DNA of 64,000 nt from Candidatus Hydrogenedentota bacterium (GCA_963674865.2 CAXXYE010000009.1:1963697-2027696), one strand, 5' to 3'; positions 29,699-39,804 are shown, counted from the first letter of the stretch. The notes: a model not told the origin generated them from the sequence alone. Program-made: numbers and translations.

Positions 29699-31813
29699 AT
29701 GCATAGACGACCTGGTCTGCTCTTCCTGGCCAACGTGGCGCTTTGTCTTGGCTTGCCTGCCGCCACGGCGCAGATGTCAACGGGGCTTCAGATTTGCGGC
29801 GCCGGCGGGCGTGACGGGATTGATTTTCCCGGGGTTTACCCGGGGGAAGCCGCGGTGTCCATATGCGGCGAGGCATTCATCCTTGAGAACGAGGCGCTTA
29901 CAGCAAGGTGGTGCACCGAAGCGGGCAGGCTTACCATGGGCCCATTCACGACCCGACATTCAGGAGAAGGCGGTGGTGCGCGGAACGGCGAAGCGTTTGT
30001 GCTGTCTCTGGCAAACGGGCGTACTATCAAGTGTTCGGAACTCGAAATGCGCGGCGCCGCGGCTGTGGTGAAGATCCCCGGCCGTGACGGTGCCCGGAGA
30101 TTGGCGGCGCGCTTTGGTGGTGTGCGCGTCAAGGTAAGATTGGCTTCTCCGAACGGCGCGTTTGCGGTTGACTGGGAAGCCGAATTGCGTGACGGATCTA
30201 ACTACGTTGTCCAGCGAACCACGCTGGTGCCGACAGAACACGAATTGCCCATCGGCAAGGTGCGTCTCATCGATCTGGTTGCACCAGGCGCGAAAGCATC
30301 CTCCCTCACGCAGGGCGCACCCATAGTTGCGGGGAGCTTCTTCTTTGCCCTCGAGCACCCCATGTCGGAAAGTACTGTCGACGGCAGCCGCGTACATTGT
30401 GAGCTCCGCCGGTGCCAGGAATTGCATCCCGGAAACAAACTCACGTTGTCTTCCGTCATGGGTGTAACGCCACCAGGCCAGCTTCGCAGAGGTTTTCTGT
30501 ACTACGTGGAACGGGAACGGGCCCATCCCTATCGTCCTTTTCTGCACTACAACTCCTGGTACGATATCGCCTGGATAGATCGAAAGTTCAACGAGTCACA
30601 GGCCCTCGAAGCCATAGAAACCGTGGGGCGCGAACTGACGGCGCAGCGTGGGGTGTCCATAGACTGTTTCGTGTTCGACGACGGCTGGGATGACAACAAG
30701 ACCCTGTGGGAATTCCACGACGGCTTTCCGAATGGCTTCACGCGGCTGCGTGAGGCTGCCAGGAGGTATGGCGCCACCGTAGGCACCTGGCTGTCGCCGT
30801 TCGGCGGGTACGGCAAAGCGCGGGAACAGCGTTTGAGATACGGCGTCGAGCAGGGTTACGAGGTCAACCGCAACGGTTTCTCTCTGGCTGGCAAGCGCTA
30901 CTACGCCGGGTTTCGCGGCATCTGCACAAAGATGATGCGCGATTACGGTGTGAAATTCTTCAAGTTCGACGGTATGGGACCCGGAAACAACAAGACCGGC
31001 GGCGAAGAGTTCCTCGAAGACATCGAAGCCTTGATGCGGCTGGTCGGCGAACTGCGGGAACTGGACCCCGACCTGTACATCAGTGCGACCACGGGCACGT
31101 GGTGCACGCCGTATTTTCTTTGGTATGCCGACAACATCTGGCGCAGCGGAAACGACATGGATTTTACTGGAAAAGGCTCGAAGCGCCAGCAGTGGATCAA
31201 CTACCGCGACAGGGAGACCTATCGGAACGTGGTGCGCCAGGGGCCGCTGTACCCGCTGAATTCGATCATGACGCATGGGATAGTCCATGCCCGGCACGGC
31301 CATACCGCCGAACTGGACGAGGCACCGAAGGATTTCGCCGATGAAGTGTGGTCCTTCTTCGGAAACGGGACAAGCCTGCAGGAACTGTACATCACGCCGC
31401 AATTGCTTACCCCTGAGATGTGGGACATTCTGGCCGCGGCAGCGCGGTGGTCACGGGCCAATGTCGATGTGCTTGTAGATACCCACTGGGTCGGCGGAGA
31501 CCCGGGCCGGGGCCAGGTCTACGGCTGGGCGTCTTGGGCGCCGCGCAAGGGAATTCTGGTTCTGCGAAATCCAGACGATATGCCGGCGGCTATCACCCTT
31601 GACATAAAGGGTGCTTTTGAGTTGCCGGACGGAGCGCCTTCCAGATATCGCCTGGTTTCGCCGGGTCCCGCTACCGCAGCCACCGTGCCTGTTGAGGTTT
31701 CAGCTGGCAACCCCCACGTCTTCTCACTAAACGCTTTTCAGACTATTGTGTATGATGCTGCTCCCATCAATGAGAATGCGCAGGAACAAGCCGATGCAGA
31801 ACACAAATCATGA
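29699..31813 (+). CDS. Secreted alpha-galactosidase-like (clan GH-D) TIM-barrel protein
   Basis: HYNSWYD, FVFDDGWD, FPNGF, GTWLSPFGGY, FKFDG motifs; signal peptide. Confidence 0.7.
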   Translation: MHRRPGLLFLANVALCLGLPAATAQMSTGLQICGAGGRDGIDFPGVYPGEAAVSICGEAFILENEALTARWCTEAGRLTMGPFTTRHSGEGGGARNGEAFVLSLANGRTIKCSELEMRGAAAVVKIPGRDGARRLAARFGGVRVKVRLASPNGAFAVDWEAELRDGSNYVVQRTTLVPTEHELPIGKVRLIDLVAPGAKASSLTQGAPIVAGSFFFALEHPMSESTVDGSRVHCELRRCQELHPGNKLTLSSVMGVTPPGQLRRGFLYYVERERAHPYRPFLHYNSWYDIAWIDRKFNESQALEAIETVGRELTAQRGVSIDCFVFDDGWDDNKTLWEFHDGFPNGFTRLREAARRYGATVGTWLSPFGGYGKAREQRLRYGVEQGYEVNRNGFSLAGKRYYAGFRGICTKMMRDYGVKFFKFDGMGPGNNKTGGEEFLEDIEALMRLVGELRELDPDLYISATTGTWCTPYFLWYADNIWRSGNDMDFTGKGSKRQQWINYRDRETYRNVVRQGPLYPLNSIMTHGIVHARHGHTAELDEAPKDFADEVWSFFGNGTSLQELYITPQLLTPEMWDILAAAARWSRANVDVLVDTHWVGGDPGRGQVYGWASWAPRKGILVLRNPDDMPAAITLDIKGAFELPDGAPSRYRLVSPGPATAATVPVEVSAGNPHVFSLNAFQTIVYDAAPINENAQEQADAEHKS

Positions 31814-32325
31814 AGATAACGTAACGTGGAGGGTGCTTCGTGCGCCGGGTCTGCATGTTGCGGATGCAGGCCTGGACGATCCGGGGCAAAGGCGTCCGGG
31901 TGGGCAGCGGGTTATCGTGGCCGCAGATACAGGCCGAGTCGAACTGCCGCCGCTCGCCTTTCCCACGTCGCTCGGATGGTGGGTGTTGATCTTGCTCTCT
32001 CGGGCCTAGTCCCAGTGGAAAAGAAGCGCTACTTTTCGCACTTCGCAACAGCGTGGGCATTGGTTAAGTCCCTTCACCACAGGGAGGCGAGATCCAAGTC
32101 AGAGACCTCCTGCCTTCAGGCATTTGGGCCAACGCGGTCACGAATCGATCGAAGACGCAACTTAAAGCTAATGCTATGCTTAGAGGATCACCCAAGTCTT
32201 AGGAACCGCTGAAAGCGGCCGCATTCAGGCGTGTTTTGTTACACCTTCCGTGACGCCCGACCCATTTCTAAACAAAAATGGCCAGTGGCTCACTTCTGCA
32301 AGCTACTGACCTAAAGAGCTTTATG

Positions 32326-32402
32326 TGGTGGGCGGTGCAGGAGTCGAACCTGCGACCCCCTGCGTGTAAAGCAGGTGCTCTAACCAACTGAGCTAACCGC
32401 CC
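32326..32402 (-). tRNA. trnV: tRNA-Val(TAC) with encoded CCA
   Basis: GGGCGGTTAGCTCAGTTGGTTAGAGCACCTGCTTTACACGCAGGGGGTCGCAGGTTCGACTCCTGCACCGCCCACCA; full cloverleaf. Confidence 0.97.
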
Positions 32403-32412
32403 GCGAAACGGG

Positions 32413-32442
32413 AGTATACCACCCTTGCGGAAGGCAGGACAA
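32413..32442 (-). promoter_or_regulatory. Putative sigma70 promoter of the tRNA
   Basis: TTGTCC-N18-TATACT just upstream of the tRNA. Confidence 0.5.
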
Positions 32443-32465
32443 TCGGCCCGCGCGCGCGGTGGCCG

Positions 32466-33686
32466 GCCCCTGAGTTCTTATTGTAAGTGCAACATGGTTG
32501 GGTGAGTGCCCTTTCCCGTCGGAGCCGTTCGTCGCTCACCCCTGAGCGGCGGCGGACGGCGACAGCGGGAAGGGCCCCCCTTTCCTGTAGGTGAGTTCTG
32601 AGCACAAGGCAGACAGAACAAGGAAGGCATCGAGGAATCCGTTCGGTACACTGGTTTTTTGCACGAACCAAGAACCGAAAGGAGTCTCGATGCCCTATCG
32701 CCATCTTACACCAATGGAACGCGGACAGATACAAGCATGGCTTAGCCAAGGGCTGAGTCAACGGGCCATTGCCGTCCAGTTGGGCCGTAGCGCCTCGACG
32801 GTGTGCCGGGAACTGGCTCGGAATCGGGCCCCGTCCAAGGCATATTCCGCGGCGCGCGCCCAGAAACGATACGAGCAGGTCCGCAAGACTTGCCGAAGAA
32901 CCACCTCGCTCAGTGAGCCGGCGTTACGGCGCTATCTCTTCGACAAGATGACGGAAGGATGGTCACCGGAGCAGATTGCGGGCCGCCTCTGGCTGGATTT
33001 CCCCGGCCAACCGCGCATGCGCGTCAGTCCCGAGACCATCTACCGCTCGTTGTACACCGATGAAAAGCTAGGCAATCCCTTGATCGGTTGTCTTCGACGC
33101 CGGCGGCCGCGCCGCCGCAAACGCGGGGAGCGCCGCCCCACGAGGCCCTTCATTCCCAATCGCGTCGGCATCGAGGCCCGGCCGCCCGAGGTCGCCACCC
33201 GAAAGCGCTACGGGGATTGGGAAGGAGATCTACTCGTCGGGGCCAACCAACAGGGCGCCGTGCTTACCCTGGTGGAACGTAAGTCCTTGCTGCTACGGGC
33301 CGCACTGCTCGGCTCCCGTCATGCCGACGGCGTCGCCCAGGCTGCCATCGACCAACTCAGGCACCTGCCCGCCCACTGGACAAAGACCATCACCTTCGAT
33401 AACGGCAGCGAATTCGCTCACCACAGACACATCGCCGAGGTCTTGGGCCTCGACACCTACTTCGCCAATCCCTATGCCGCCTACGAGCGCGGCACCAACG
33501 AAAACACCAACGGCCTCCTACGCCAGTATCTCCCCAAGAACACCAACTTCAGGGAAATTGCCGAAAGCCAGCTCCAAAGCTACGTCCGTCAACTTAACAA
33601 CAGGCCACGCAAAAAACTGGGATACCGAACTCCTAACGAAGTCTTCAAGCTACACGCCGTTGCACTTGCTCATTGAATCCAGCGCC
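32466..33686 (+). mobile_element. IS30-family insertion sequence
   Basis: Imperfect IRs: CTGAGTTCTTATTGTAAGTGCAAC (32470-32493) and its inverse at 33659-33682, bracketing the transposase. Confidence 0.85.
32690..33676 (+). CDS. IS30-family DDE transposase
   Basis: YRHLT..ER, STVCREL.RN, WSPEQIAGR, ETIYR, GDWEGD, TFDNGSEF, ERGTNENTNGLLRQY.PK, LNNRPRK.LG..TP. Confidence 0.95.
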   Translation: MPYRHLTPMERGQIQAWLSQGLSQRAIAVQLGRSASTVCRELARNRAPSKAYSAARAQKRYEQVRKTCRRTTSLSEPALRRYLFDKMTEGWSPEQIAGRLWLDFPGQPRMRVSPETIYRSLYTDEKLGNPLIGCLRRRRPRRRKRGERRPTRPFIPNRVGIEARPPEVATRKRYGDWEGDLLVGANQQGAVLTLVERKSLLLRAALLGSRHADGVAQAAIDQLRHLPAHWTKTITFDNGSEFAHHRHIAEVLGLDTYFANPYAAYERGTNENTNGLLRQYLPKNTNFREIAESQLQSYVRQLNNRPRKKLGYRTPNEVFKLHAVALAH

Positions 33687-33842
33687 TACGGATTAGGCCG
33701 TGCCGAGGTGTCTTTGGGGAAGGCATTCGCGATCTGAGCAGCCACGCCCAGTTCCCTTTGGGTGGGGAGGGCTTTCTGGACGAAGTCATTCCCACGCGCC
33801 GTGTGCGCGACGCGGCCCAGTTGCGAGAGGGCTGAGGGGGCT

Positions 33843-35546
33843 TTATGCGCCGAGGCCGCTCAACCAGTACACGATGCGGATCATGAGATACACCATGAGC
33901 CAGAAGAAGGCGAAGCCGGCCATGCCCACCACCGTCGGTTTGGGGATTTCGAGGTCGGGGTGATCGATGAGCTTGTTGGGCGGGCCGGGCTCGACCCCCT
34001 CAGGCAGGGAGAAGGGCTCGAGATGAGGCTCGTTGTCGCCGACAGGCGTCCGGAGGCAGTTGTAGAGCCGATCAAGGCGCTCCTCGGGGACGCGTTTGGT
34101 GATGAGGCTGACGAGGATCACGGCCGCGAAGCCGGCCGTGAGGTAGCAGAGAATCTGCCAGGACTCGAGGAATTTCCCGTTGAACACCATGAATTCGGGC
34201 AGGTGCGCCACCGCGAAGGTGTGGAAGAATTCCCGGCCGGTGACGAGCCAGACGACGAAGGTGGTGAGTGTCCCTGCCCATGCGCCCGCCACGGTTGATC
34301 GACGCCAGAACAGGCCCACCCAGAAGGCGGCGGCCGTGAGCGCCGAGAATTTCCAGAAGACTTTCAGCCCTTCCACAACATCTTTGAAAGAGAAGGCGAA
34401 CACGAGGGCCATGGCGACGATCACCACGGACGCGATCCGGCCCACGAGGACGTAGTGCTGCTCATCCTTGCCCGGGGCGAAGTAGCGCCGGTAGATATTC
34501 TGTGTCCAGAGGCCGGAGCAGGACACCATGAACGCGTCGCAGGAGGACATGACGGACGCCAGCATGGACGCCAGGAAAACGCCGACGAGTCCCGGCAGGA
34601 TCTTCGGGAGCAGTTCCCGCGCCATGAGGCCGTAGGTTTCGTCGACGGCCGCGCCTTCGAGGCCGGGATAGAGCACGACGGCGCACAGGCCTGTGAGCAT
34701 CCAGGCCACGGTGCAGATGCGCTTCAGCAGGTTGCCGCCTGCAAATCCGACGCGGCCGTCCAACTCATTGCGGCCGGCGGCGCATACGCCCATGATGTGC
34801 GGCTGGCAAACGATGCCGAGAGTTGCATTCAAGGCGAGCATGCTGATGAAGAAGAAGGTGAGTTGCTCCGCGGCGACGATCTGGAACATCGCAGGATCGG
34901 CAATCTTCTCGTGCAGGCCGGCGAATCCGCCTACCTCGCGCAGGGCGAAGGGCAGCACCATGAACGACAGGAGAACCGTCAGAATGCCTTGGATGAAATC
35001 CGTGATGATGGCCGCGCTCAGTCCTCCGGCGACGCCGTAGAACACGAAGAGCAGCGTCAATGACGGAATGGCGACGGCGAGCGGGATAGCGCCGCCGGTG
35101 AGGGCCTTGATCACCGTTCCGGCGCCCAGGAGCATGACGCCCATGTTGGCCGAAAGCTGCAGGATTCCAACGACGGAGAACAACGCCCCGACGCCGGGGC
35201 TGTAGCGCTGATCGAAGTAGTCGCCCGTCGTCACGGCGCGCATGCGCCGGAAGATGGGGGCGATGAGCCAGTAGAAGGGCGTCGCAAAAAGCCAGAGCCA
35301 CTGCCACCAGATGCCTGACATGCCCGCGCGGTAGGTACCTGACGCCACGCCCACAGCCTGGTTGCCGTTGGTGCCCGCGCCAAACGAGAAGAACACCATC
35401 ATCGTCTTGCCGAATCGCCGGCCGCCGATGAAGAAGTCCGCCGTGTCCTTGATCTTCTTCGCAGTCCAAACGCCGATGCCGACGATCACGCAGAAGTAAA
35501 TCCCCAGCGTGAACCAGTCCCAACCCCCGATGCCAAGCACTTGCAT
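33843..35546 (-). CDS. Sodium:solute symporter (SSS) family transporter
   Basis: DFFIGGR, GGLSAAIITDFIQG, ASMLASVMSS; AAGGAG RBS before MQVLG at 35546. Confidence 0.9.
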   Translation of the reverse strand: MQVLGIGGWDWFTLGIYFCVIVGIGVWTAKKIKDTADFFIGGRRFGKTMMVFFSFGAGTNGNQAVGVASGTYRAGMSGIWWQWLWLFATPFYWLIAPIFRRMRAVTTGDYFDQRYSPGVGALFSVVGILQLSANMGVMLLGAGTVIKALTGGAIPLAVAIPSLTLLFVFYGVAGGLSAAIITDFIQGILTVLLSFMVLPFALREVGGFAGLHEKIADPAMFQIVAAEQLTFFFISMLALNATLGIVCQPHIMGVCAAGRNELDGRVGFAGGNLLKRICTVAWMLTGLCAVVLYPGLEGAAVDETYGLMARELLPKILPGLVGVFLASMLASVMSSCDAFMVSCSGLWTQNIYRRYFAPGKDEQHYVLVGRIASVVIVAMALVFAFSFKDVVEGLKVFWKFSALTAAAFWVGLFWRRSTVAGAWAGTLTTFVVWLVTGREFFHTFAVAHLPEFMVFNGKFLESWQILCYLTAGFAAVILVSLITKRVPEERLDRLYNCLRTPVGDNEPHLEPFSLPEGVEPGPPNKLIDHPDLEIPKPTVVGMAGFAFFWLMVYLMIRIVYWLSGLGA

Positions 35547-35646
35547 GCGCCCGCTCCTTACCGTGGAATGAAGCCTGTCGAAATCCCGCCCAAGATGTGC
35601 GCCATGGTAGTGGACGGCCCAGCCGCGCGTCAAGATGGGGGAGGTA

Positions 35647-35678
35647 GCCGCAGATGGACACGGATGAACGCAGATTGA
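35647..35678 (+). repeat. REP-like repeat, copy 1
   Basis: GCCGCAGATGGACACGGATGAACGCAGATTGA. Confidence 0.8.
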
Positions 35679-35976
35679 CAGCCGCCGGAGGCTGTCAACG
35701 TAGCGTCGTCCATTGCAAGCTGTGAGAGGGCGGTGTATTATCGAAGCAGGTGCCCGAGGCCAGGATGCGATGGCGGGCATGGCGAACGGGGGCGAGGCGG
35801 TTGAGATCTACGAAGTATGACGACAGCTGCTTTGGGCGATTTCACTCGCCGTGGCCGCGGCGGCCTTTCCGGCGCTCTGCGTGCTGTGGCTGGTGTTGCC
35901 GATACACTTGCCGGATCACGTGGCGGACGCCACGCGGATGGAGGCGGCGTGTGATCATTGACTTGATGTCGCCAAA

Positions 35977-36399
35977 GTGAAGGTGTCTCGTTTCATGCGT
36001 TACGCGGTAAAGGCAGAGTTCATGAAGGACTTCGAGGCGCCGCGCCGCCTCGTCCGGTGGCCGATACTCCGCGCGCTCTGGCGTGCCGTCGCTGCATTCA
36101 TAGTTGCGCTATCGTACTTGGGGGCGTTCACCGCAACGACTCTCGCGGCGTCTATGCCGTCTCAGTTGGTGCGAGTCCATGGCACGAATCGAGAGCTGTA
36201 CGTGAGCGCGGCCGCGATGAACCTTGCGTGCATTCTCATCTTATGCATCATCTTCGGCCGCCGGGTGTGGCGCGGCCTGCGGATTCGATTCATCGATGTG
36301 GATCTACTGGTGATGTTCCTAGGATTGCTTCTCGCGTTCTCCTTTGTCGCTTGCACCATCTTGGATTTTGAGGGGTGGGTTCTGAATAACTCGATGTAA
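35977..36399 (+). CDS. Small hypothetical membrane protein
   Basis: Three hydrophobic segments; start uncertain. Confidence 0.55.
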   Translation: MKVSRFMRYAVKAEFMKDFEAPRRLVRWPILRALWRAVAAFIVALSYLGAFTATTLAASMPSQLVRVHGTNRELYVSAAAMNLACILILCIIFGRRVWRGLRIRFIDVDLLVMFLGLLLAFSFVACTILDFEGWVLNNSM

Positions 36400-36536
36400 C
36401 GGACGGGGACGCCTGTGGCCGGGCGATCGAGCCGGGAAATGTTGGGCGTGCCGCCTGGGCACAACAGCGCGCTGACGGATGAAGGGCCTTAGAGAGGCCG
36501 CTTTCGTGGTGGGTTGCGCACGGTGGAGTCTGGTTC

Positions 36537-37082
36537 ATGCTGAGAAGACTATTGAGATTCTCCAAAGCGGCGATCATGACAATGCTTGGAGGGATTGCTG
36601 CTGTCTGTATAGTCCTACTTGCCGTCTTTGGCCTCCTGAAGTGGTATGACATGTGGCGCACATCCGATTGGATTGTCGTAGATGGAATAATCACACGATT
36701 GGCGACGGGCAGCCACGGCCGCGGTGAAAGCCAAGTGCCGGAGTCTCAAGGCTGCTGTCTAGTGCTGTGTGATTACACGTATGGGTTTGGGGAGACAACC
36801 TATACCAATGACAAGGTTACGGGAGTCTGGTTTGATGCCTTATCTTGCGAGTCTCCGGAGTACCTGGTGCTCAAGCAATGCCAGGAGCGTGGCGAGCACA
36901 TCCAAGTCTGGGTGAATCCGGAGGAGCCTGCGGAGTCGGTTCTATTCCGTACGGAATTGGCGGCGGAGATGTTCTTTGGCCCTGCACTCGCAGCGTTGTT
37001 CTTGATCGCGTGGGCAATGAGCGCGGTGGTGAGGAGGGAGCGAAGGCTTGCGGAACAGGCTGCGGGCCATTCGCGGGAGTAG
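36537..37082 (+). CDS. DUF3592-like membrane protein
   Basis: TM - W..VDG.I - Y.Y....Y - V.VNP..P.ESVL - TM architecture. Confidence 0.7.
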   Translation: MLRRLLRFSKAAIMTMLGGIAAVCIVLLAVFGLLKWYDMWRTSDWIVVDGIITRLATGSHGRGESQVPESQGCCLVLCDYTYGFGETTYTNDKVTGVWFDALSCESPEYLVLKQCQERGEHIQVWVNPEEPAESVLFRTELAAEMFFGPALAALFLIAWAMSAVVRRERRLAEQAAGHSRE

Positions 37083-37099
37083 GCCGGTGCGCTGTGGAA

Positions 37100-37129
37100 C
37101 GCAGATGGAGACGGATGAACGCAGATTGA
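37100..37129 (+). repeat. REP-like repeat, copy 2
   Basis: CGCAGATGGAGACGGATGAACGCAGATTGA. Confidence 0.8.
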
Positions 37130-37178
37130 AGCGTGCCGGCGCGCGTATGTGCCGGCGGGCAGTGGGAATTCACGTGGC

Positions 37179-38726
37179 CTAGAGTTCTTCCTCGTCCACC
37201 TCATCGAGTCGCGTATCGACGACGCCCTTCACCTCGTGGATAGCTATATTGCTCGCGTTCTTGAGGAGGAAGTGCGGAGCGTCTTCTTCCTCTTGCGCGT
37301 CAACGTGAGAGAAGGAGGCATCGTGGACGTCATCCAAAACGAACGCGGGGCGTTCATCGCCGTTGATGCAGCGCAGGATGACGTTGTTGACTCTCAGGCC
37401 TTTCACATGCCGGAAATACACGCCATAGGCCGGCATGGACTGCCATCGATAGGGATCCGGGTACACGTCAATGTTCTCGGGGACCTCGCCATCGGCGGCA
37501 CCTCTTGAGGCGCCCCCCCGGTAGTAGATGCGGATATTGTCAAGCGTCAGATCTTCGATGTAATGTCCGGGGATGCCCATCACCATTCCTGCGCCCAGTC
37601 CCGGCGCTTTCGGGCGGCCGCCCACATCGTAGACGTTCATGTTGCTGATGGTGATGCGCCTGCACGTGCCGACGGGAGTCCCCTCCGGGCCTCGCATGCG
37701 TGCGCTCAGCCGGATAAAGAAGGGCGTATCTGTTATATCGCGCATGGTGATGTTGTTGAAGACAACATCTTCAATGGCGCCGCCGTCGGCCGTCTCGATG
37801 CACAGTCCTCGCGAGCGCTGGAACACACAATTGGAGACGGCGATGTTCTTGAAGCCGCCGTTGGATTCCGTTCCCAGCTTGAGGCGGCCGGTGATGCAGT
37901 GCTTCGCGCCTGGCGCCTCGTCTGCGAACTCGCTCTTGAACGTGCCGTCCAGCAGCGAGCCGTGATCATAGCCATACACCTGGCAATTGGTGATGGCCAC
38001 ATTCTCCGTGGCGCGCGCGTAGCCGAGGGCGAACGAGGACTTCAGGCAAAGCCCATCGTCGGTAGGCGAGTTGATGATGCAGTTTGAGATGAGGACATTC
38101 TTGCAGCAGTCGATATCGAAACCGTCGCGATCGGCGTCAACACGGACATTGTCGATGGTTAGGTTATCCACGCCCGTGGCCAGGATGCCGAAGTGGCCGC
38201 CATGAAGGATGGAGATGTCTCGAATGGTTACATTGTGGCAGTTCTTCAAGGCGATGGCCTTGTTGCCTGAGCCTTCGATATCCGGCTTGTCGTATGTCTG
38301 TAATCCTCTGCCCCAGATCTTTCCAGCGCCCGTGATCGCAATGTCATGGAGGCCGTCGCCGTAGATGAGGCTGTTCCGCCAGTAGCTGTGCCCGAAGTCC
38401 TGAAACTGGTTGTACCAGGCGGATTCCTCAGGCGCGTCGTATCCCACGCCGTCCTTCTCTTCGTCGCCAATCAAAACAGCCCCCGCGTCAAGGTGCAGCG
38501 TGATATTGCTTCGCAGATGGATCGTGTAGGAGAGATAGTCGCCCGCGGGGAAGTGGATCGTCCCGCCGCCATGCTCCGCCGCCGCATCGATGGCGGCATT
38601 GATGGCCTCGGTGCAATTGGTTTTGCCGTCTCCCCGCGCTCCGAAGTCGAGCGCATTGTAGGGGGCTTCCTGAGCGGCGGCGGATGCCGCCACCAGGCAG
38701 AAGGCAAGTGCTGCAATCTCTCTCAT
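37179..38726 (-). CDS. Glycoside hydrolase family 28 (polygalacturonase-like)
   Basis: FGARGDGKT, GGGTIHFPAG.Y, RDGFDIDCC, DDGLCLKS, KLGTES; signal peptide from MREIA. Confidence 0.9.
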   Translation of the reverse strand: MREIAALAFCLVAASAAAQEAPYNALDFGARGDGKTNCTEAINAAIDAAAEHGGGTIHFPAGDYLSYTIHLRSNITLHLDAGAVLIGDEEKDGVGYDAPEESAWYNQFQDFGHSYWRNSLIYGDGLHDIAITGAGKIWGRGLQTYDKPDIEGSGNKAIALKNCHNVTIRDISILHGGHFGILATGVDNLTIDNVRVDADRDGFDIDCCKNVLISNCIINSPTDDGLCLKSSFALGYARATENVAITNCQVYGYDHGSLLDGTFKSEFADEAPGAKHCITGRLKLGTESNGGFKNIAVSNCVFQRSRGLCIETADGGAIEDVVFNNITMRDITDTPFFIRLSARMRGPEGTPVGTCRRITISNMNVYDVGGRPKAPGLGAGMVMGIPGHYIEDLTLDNIRIYYRGGASRGAADGEVPENIDVYPDPYRWQSMPAYGVYFRHVKGLRVNNVILRCINGDERPAFVLDDVHDASFSHVDAQEEEDAPHFLLKNASNIAIHEVKGVVDTRLDEVDEEEL

Positions 38727-38935
38727 CTGATCTTTCCTCGATGGATAGTCTGGACGCCTGCTCAACCGTGTCGAATTGTGGAATAGGCCAGCAGGTACTC
38801 CGACTGGGGAGCCCGGAAATGTGTCCGACGCGACGCCATTGTGATTCTGATGAAGACCTCGCCTGAGTTAATCAGAAGCGGCGCGGCGATTCAAGCGCCT
38901 GCTAGGTCTTGCCTTTGCGGGAAACGGCTCTTCAG

Positions 38936-39015
38936 AGCCACAGATGTGCACAGATGAACGCAGATAAGAACATGTACAGTGTTTCATCGGCGTGTATCTG
39001 TGTTCATCGGTGGCT
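38936..39015. repeat. REP-like repeat, copy 3, as an inverted pair (hairpin)
   Basis: AGCCACAGATGTGCACAGATGAACGCAGAT ... ATCGGCGTGTATCTGTGTTCATCGGTGGCT. Confidence 0.8.
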
Positions 39016-39180
39016 ACACTCTTAAGGGATGAGGATTGAAGCGAACGACGTCGCGGGGCGCGTCATCGGCTGTGTACATGGCGTGCGCGGGTGGCCGCGT
39101 TGCCGGCGGCGAGAGAATGGTTGACTTCGTAGCCTGTCCCGTTGTCTCCTAGAGATAGGCTTTTCGGGTGGGGCCTGAAG

Positions 39181-39804
39181 ATGAACGCCAGCCATGTTGT
39201 GGACATTGTACAGTGGTTACTCACCGGTATCTTCGCCGTTCTCTGTCTCTGGGCGGTTATCTTCAACTACGTCGTGATTGTGCTGAAAGTGATTGCGCGT
39301 CGAAAGAAGGCGCCCTCGCTTGCGCCGTTCTTTGGTGGCGTGAGCGGCTCACTGGCCGTCTTGGCCTGTCCCGTGCCTGGAGTCTTCCAATTTTGGTGGA
39401 TACCAATCGTCGCCGATCCCGGATGCTGGTATTCCCTTTACGCCGTCGTGCTGCTGTGCATCGAACGCGCGAAGGAAGAATCCATAACGCTTCATCACGT
39501 CGAGCGCGAGGATATCACCATTGATATTGTCGCCCGCTTTGACGACGGCGACTTGATCATCGACGGTTATGACATTGGCAAGACGGTCAAAGAGTGTTGG
39601 GGGGACAGCGACTACGAGTACGTCATGACGATTCCCGCCGCAAGTCTGCCTGGGCTGTACGCGCTGCTGAACGTGCAAGTGGGGAATCGGAGGGCGTTGC
39701 TGAAGGCTCTCGCGAAACGGTTTCATGGAAATAAATGCTACTCAGCCATCGGAGACTTCTTGGACAAGAACAGTATTGATTACAAGTCGTTCAGCTGGAC
39801 ATAG
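39181..39804 (+). CDS. Hypothetical protein with a membrane N-half and a soluble acidic C-half
   Basis: Open frame with hydrophobic N-terminal segments followed by a DGYDIG..WGDSDYEY domain. Confidence 0.6.
   Translation: MNASHVVDIVQWLLTGIFAVLCLWAVIFNYVVIVLKVIARRKKAPSLAPFFGGVSGSLAVLACPVPGVFQFWWIPIVADPGCWYSLYAVVLLCIERAKEESITLHHVEREDITIDIVARFDDGDLIIDGYDIGKTVKECWGDSDYEYVMTIPAASLPGLYALLNVQVGNRRALLKALAKRFHGNKCYSAIGDFLDKNSIDYKSFSWT

Noticed and set aside
31830..32320. Possible integrase remnant next to the tRNA
   Set aside because: No recognisable tyrosine or serine recombinase motif in the frames examined.
35647..39015. Repeats considered as a CRISPR array
   Set aside because: Copies are kilobases apart with no regular spacers, and there are no cas genes.
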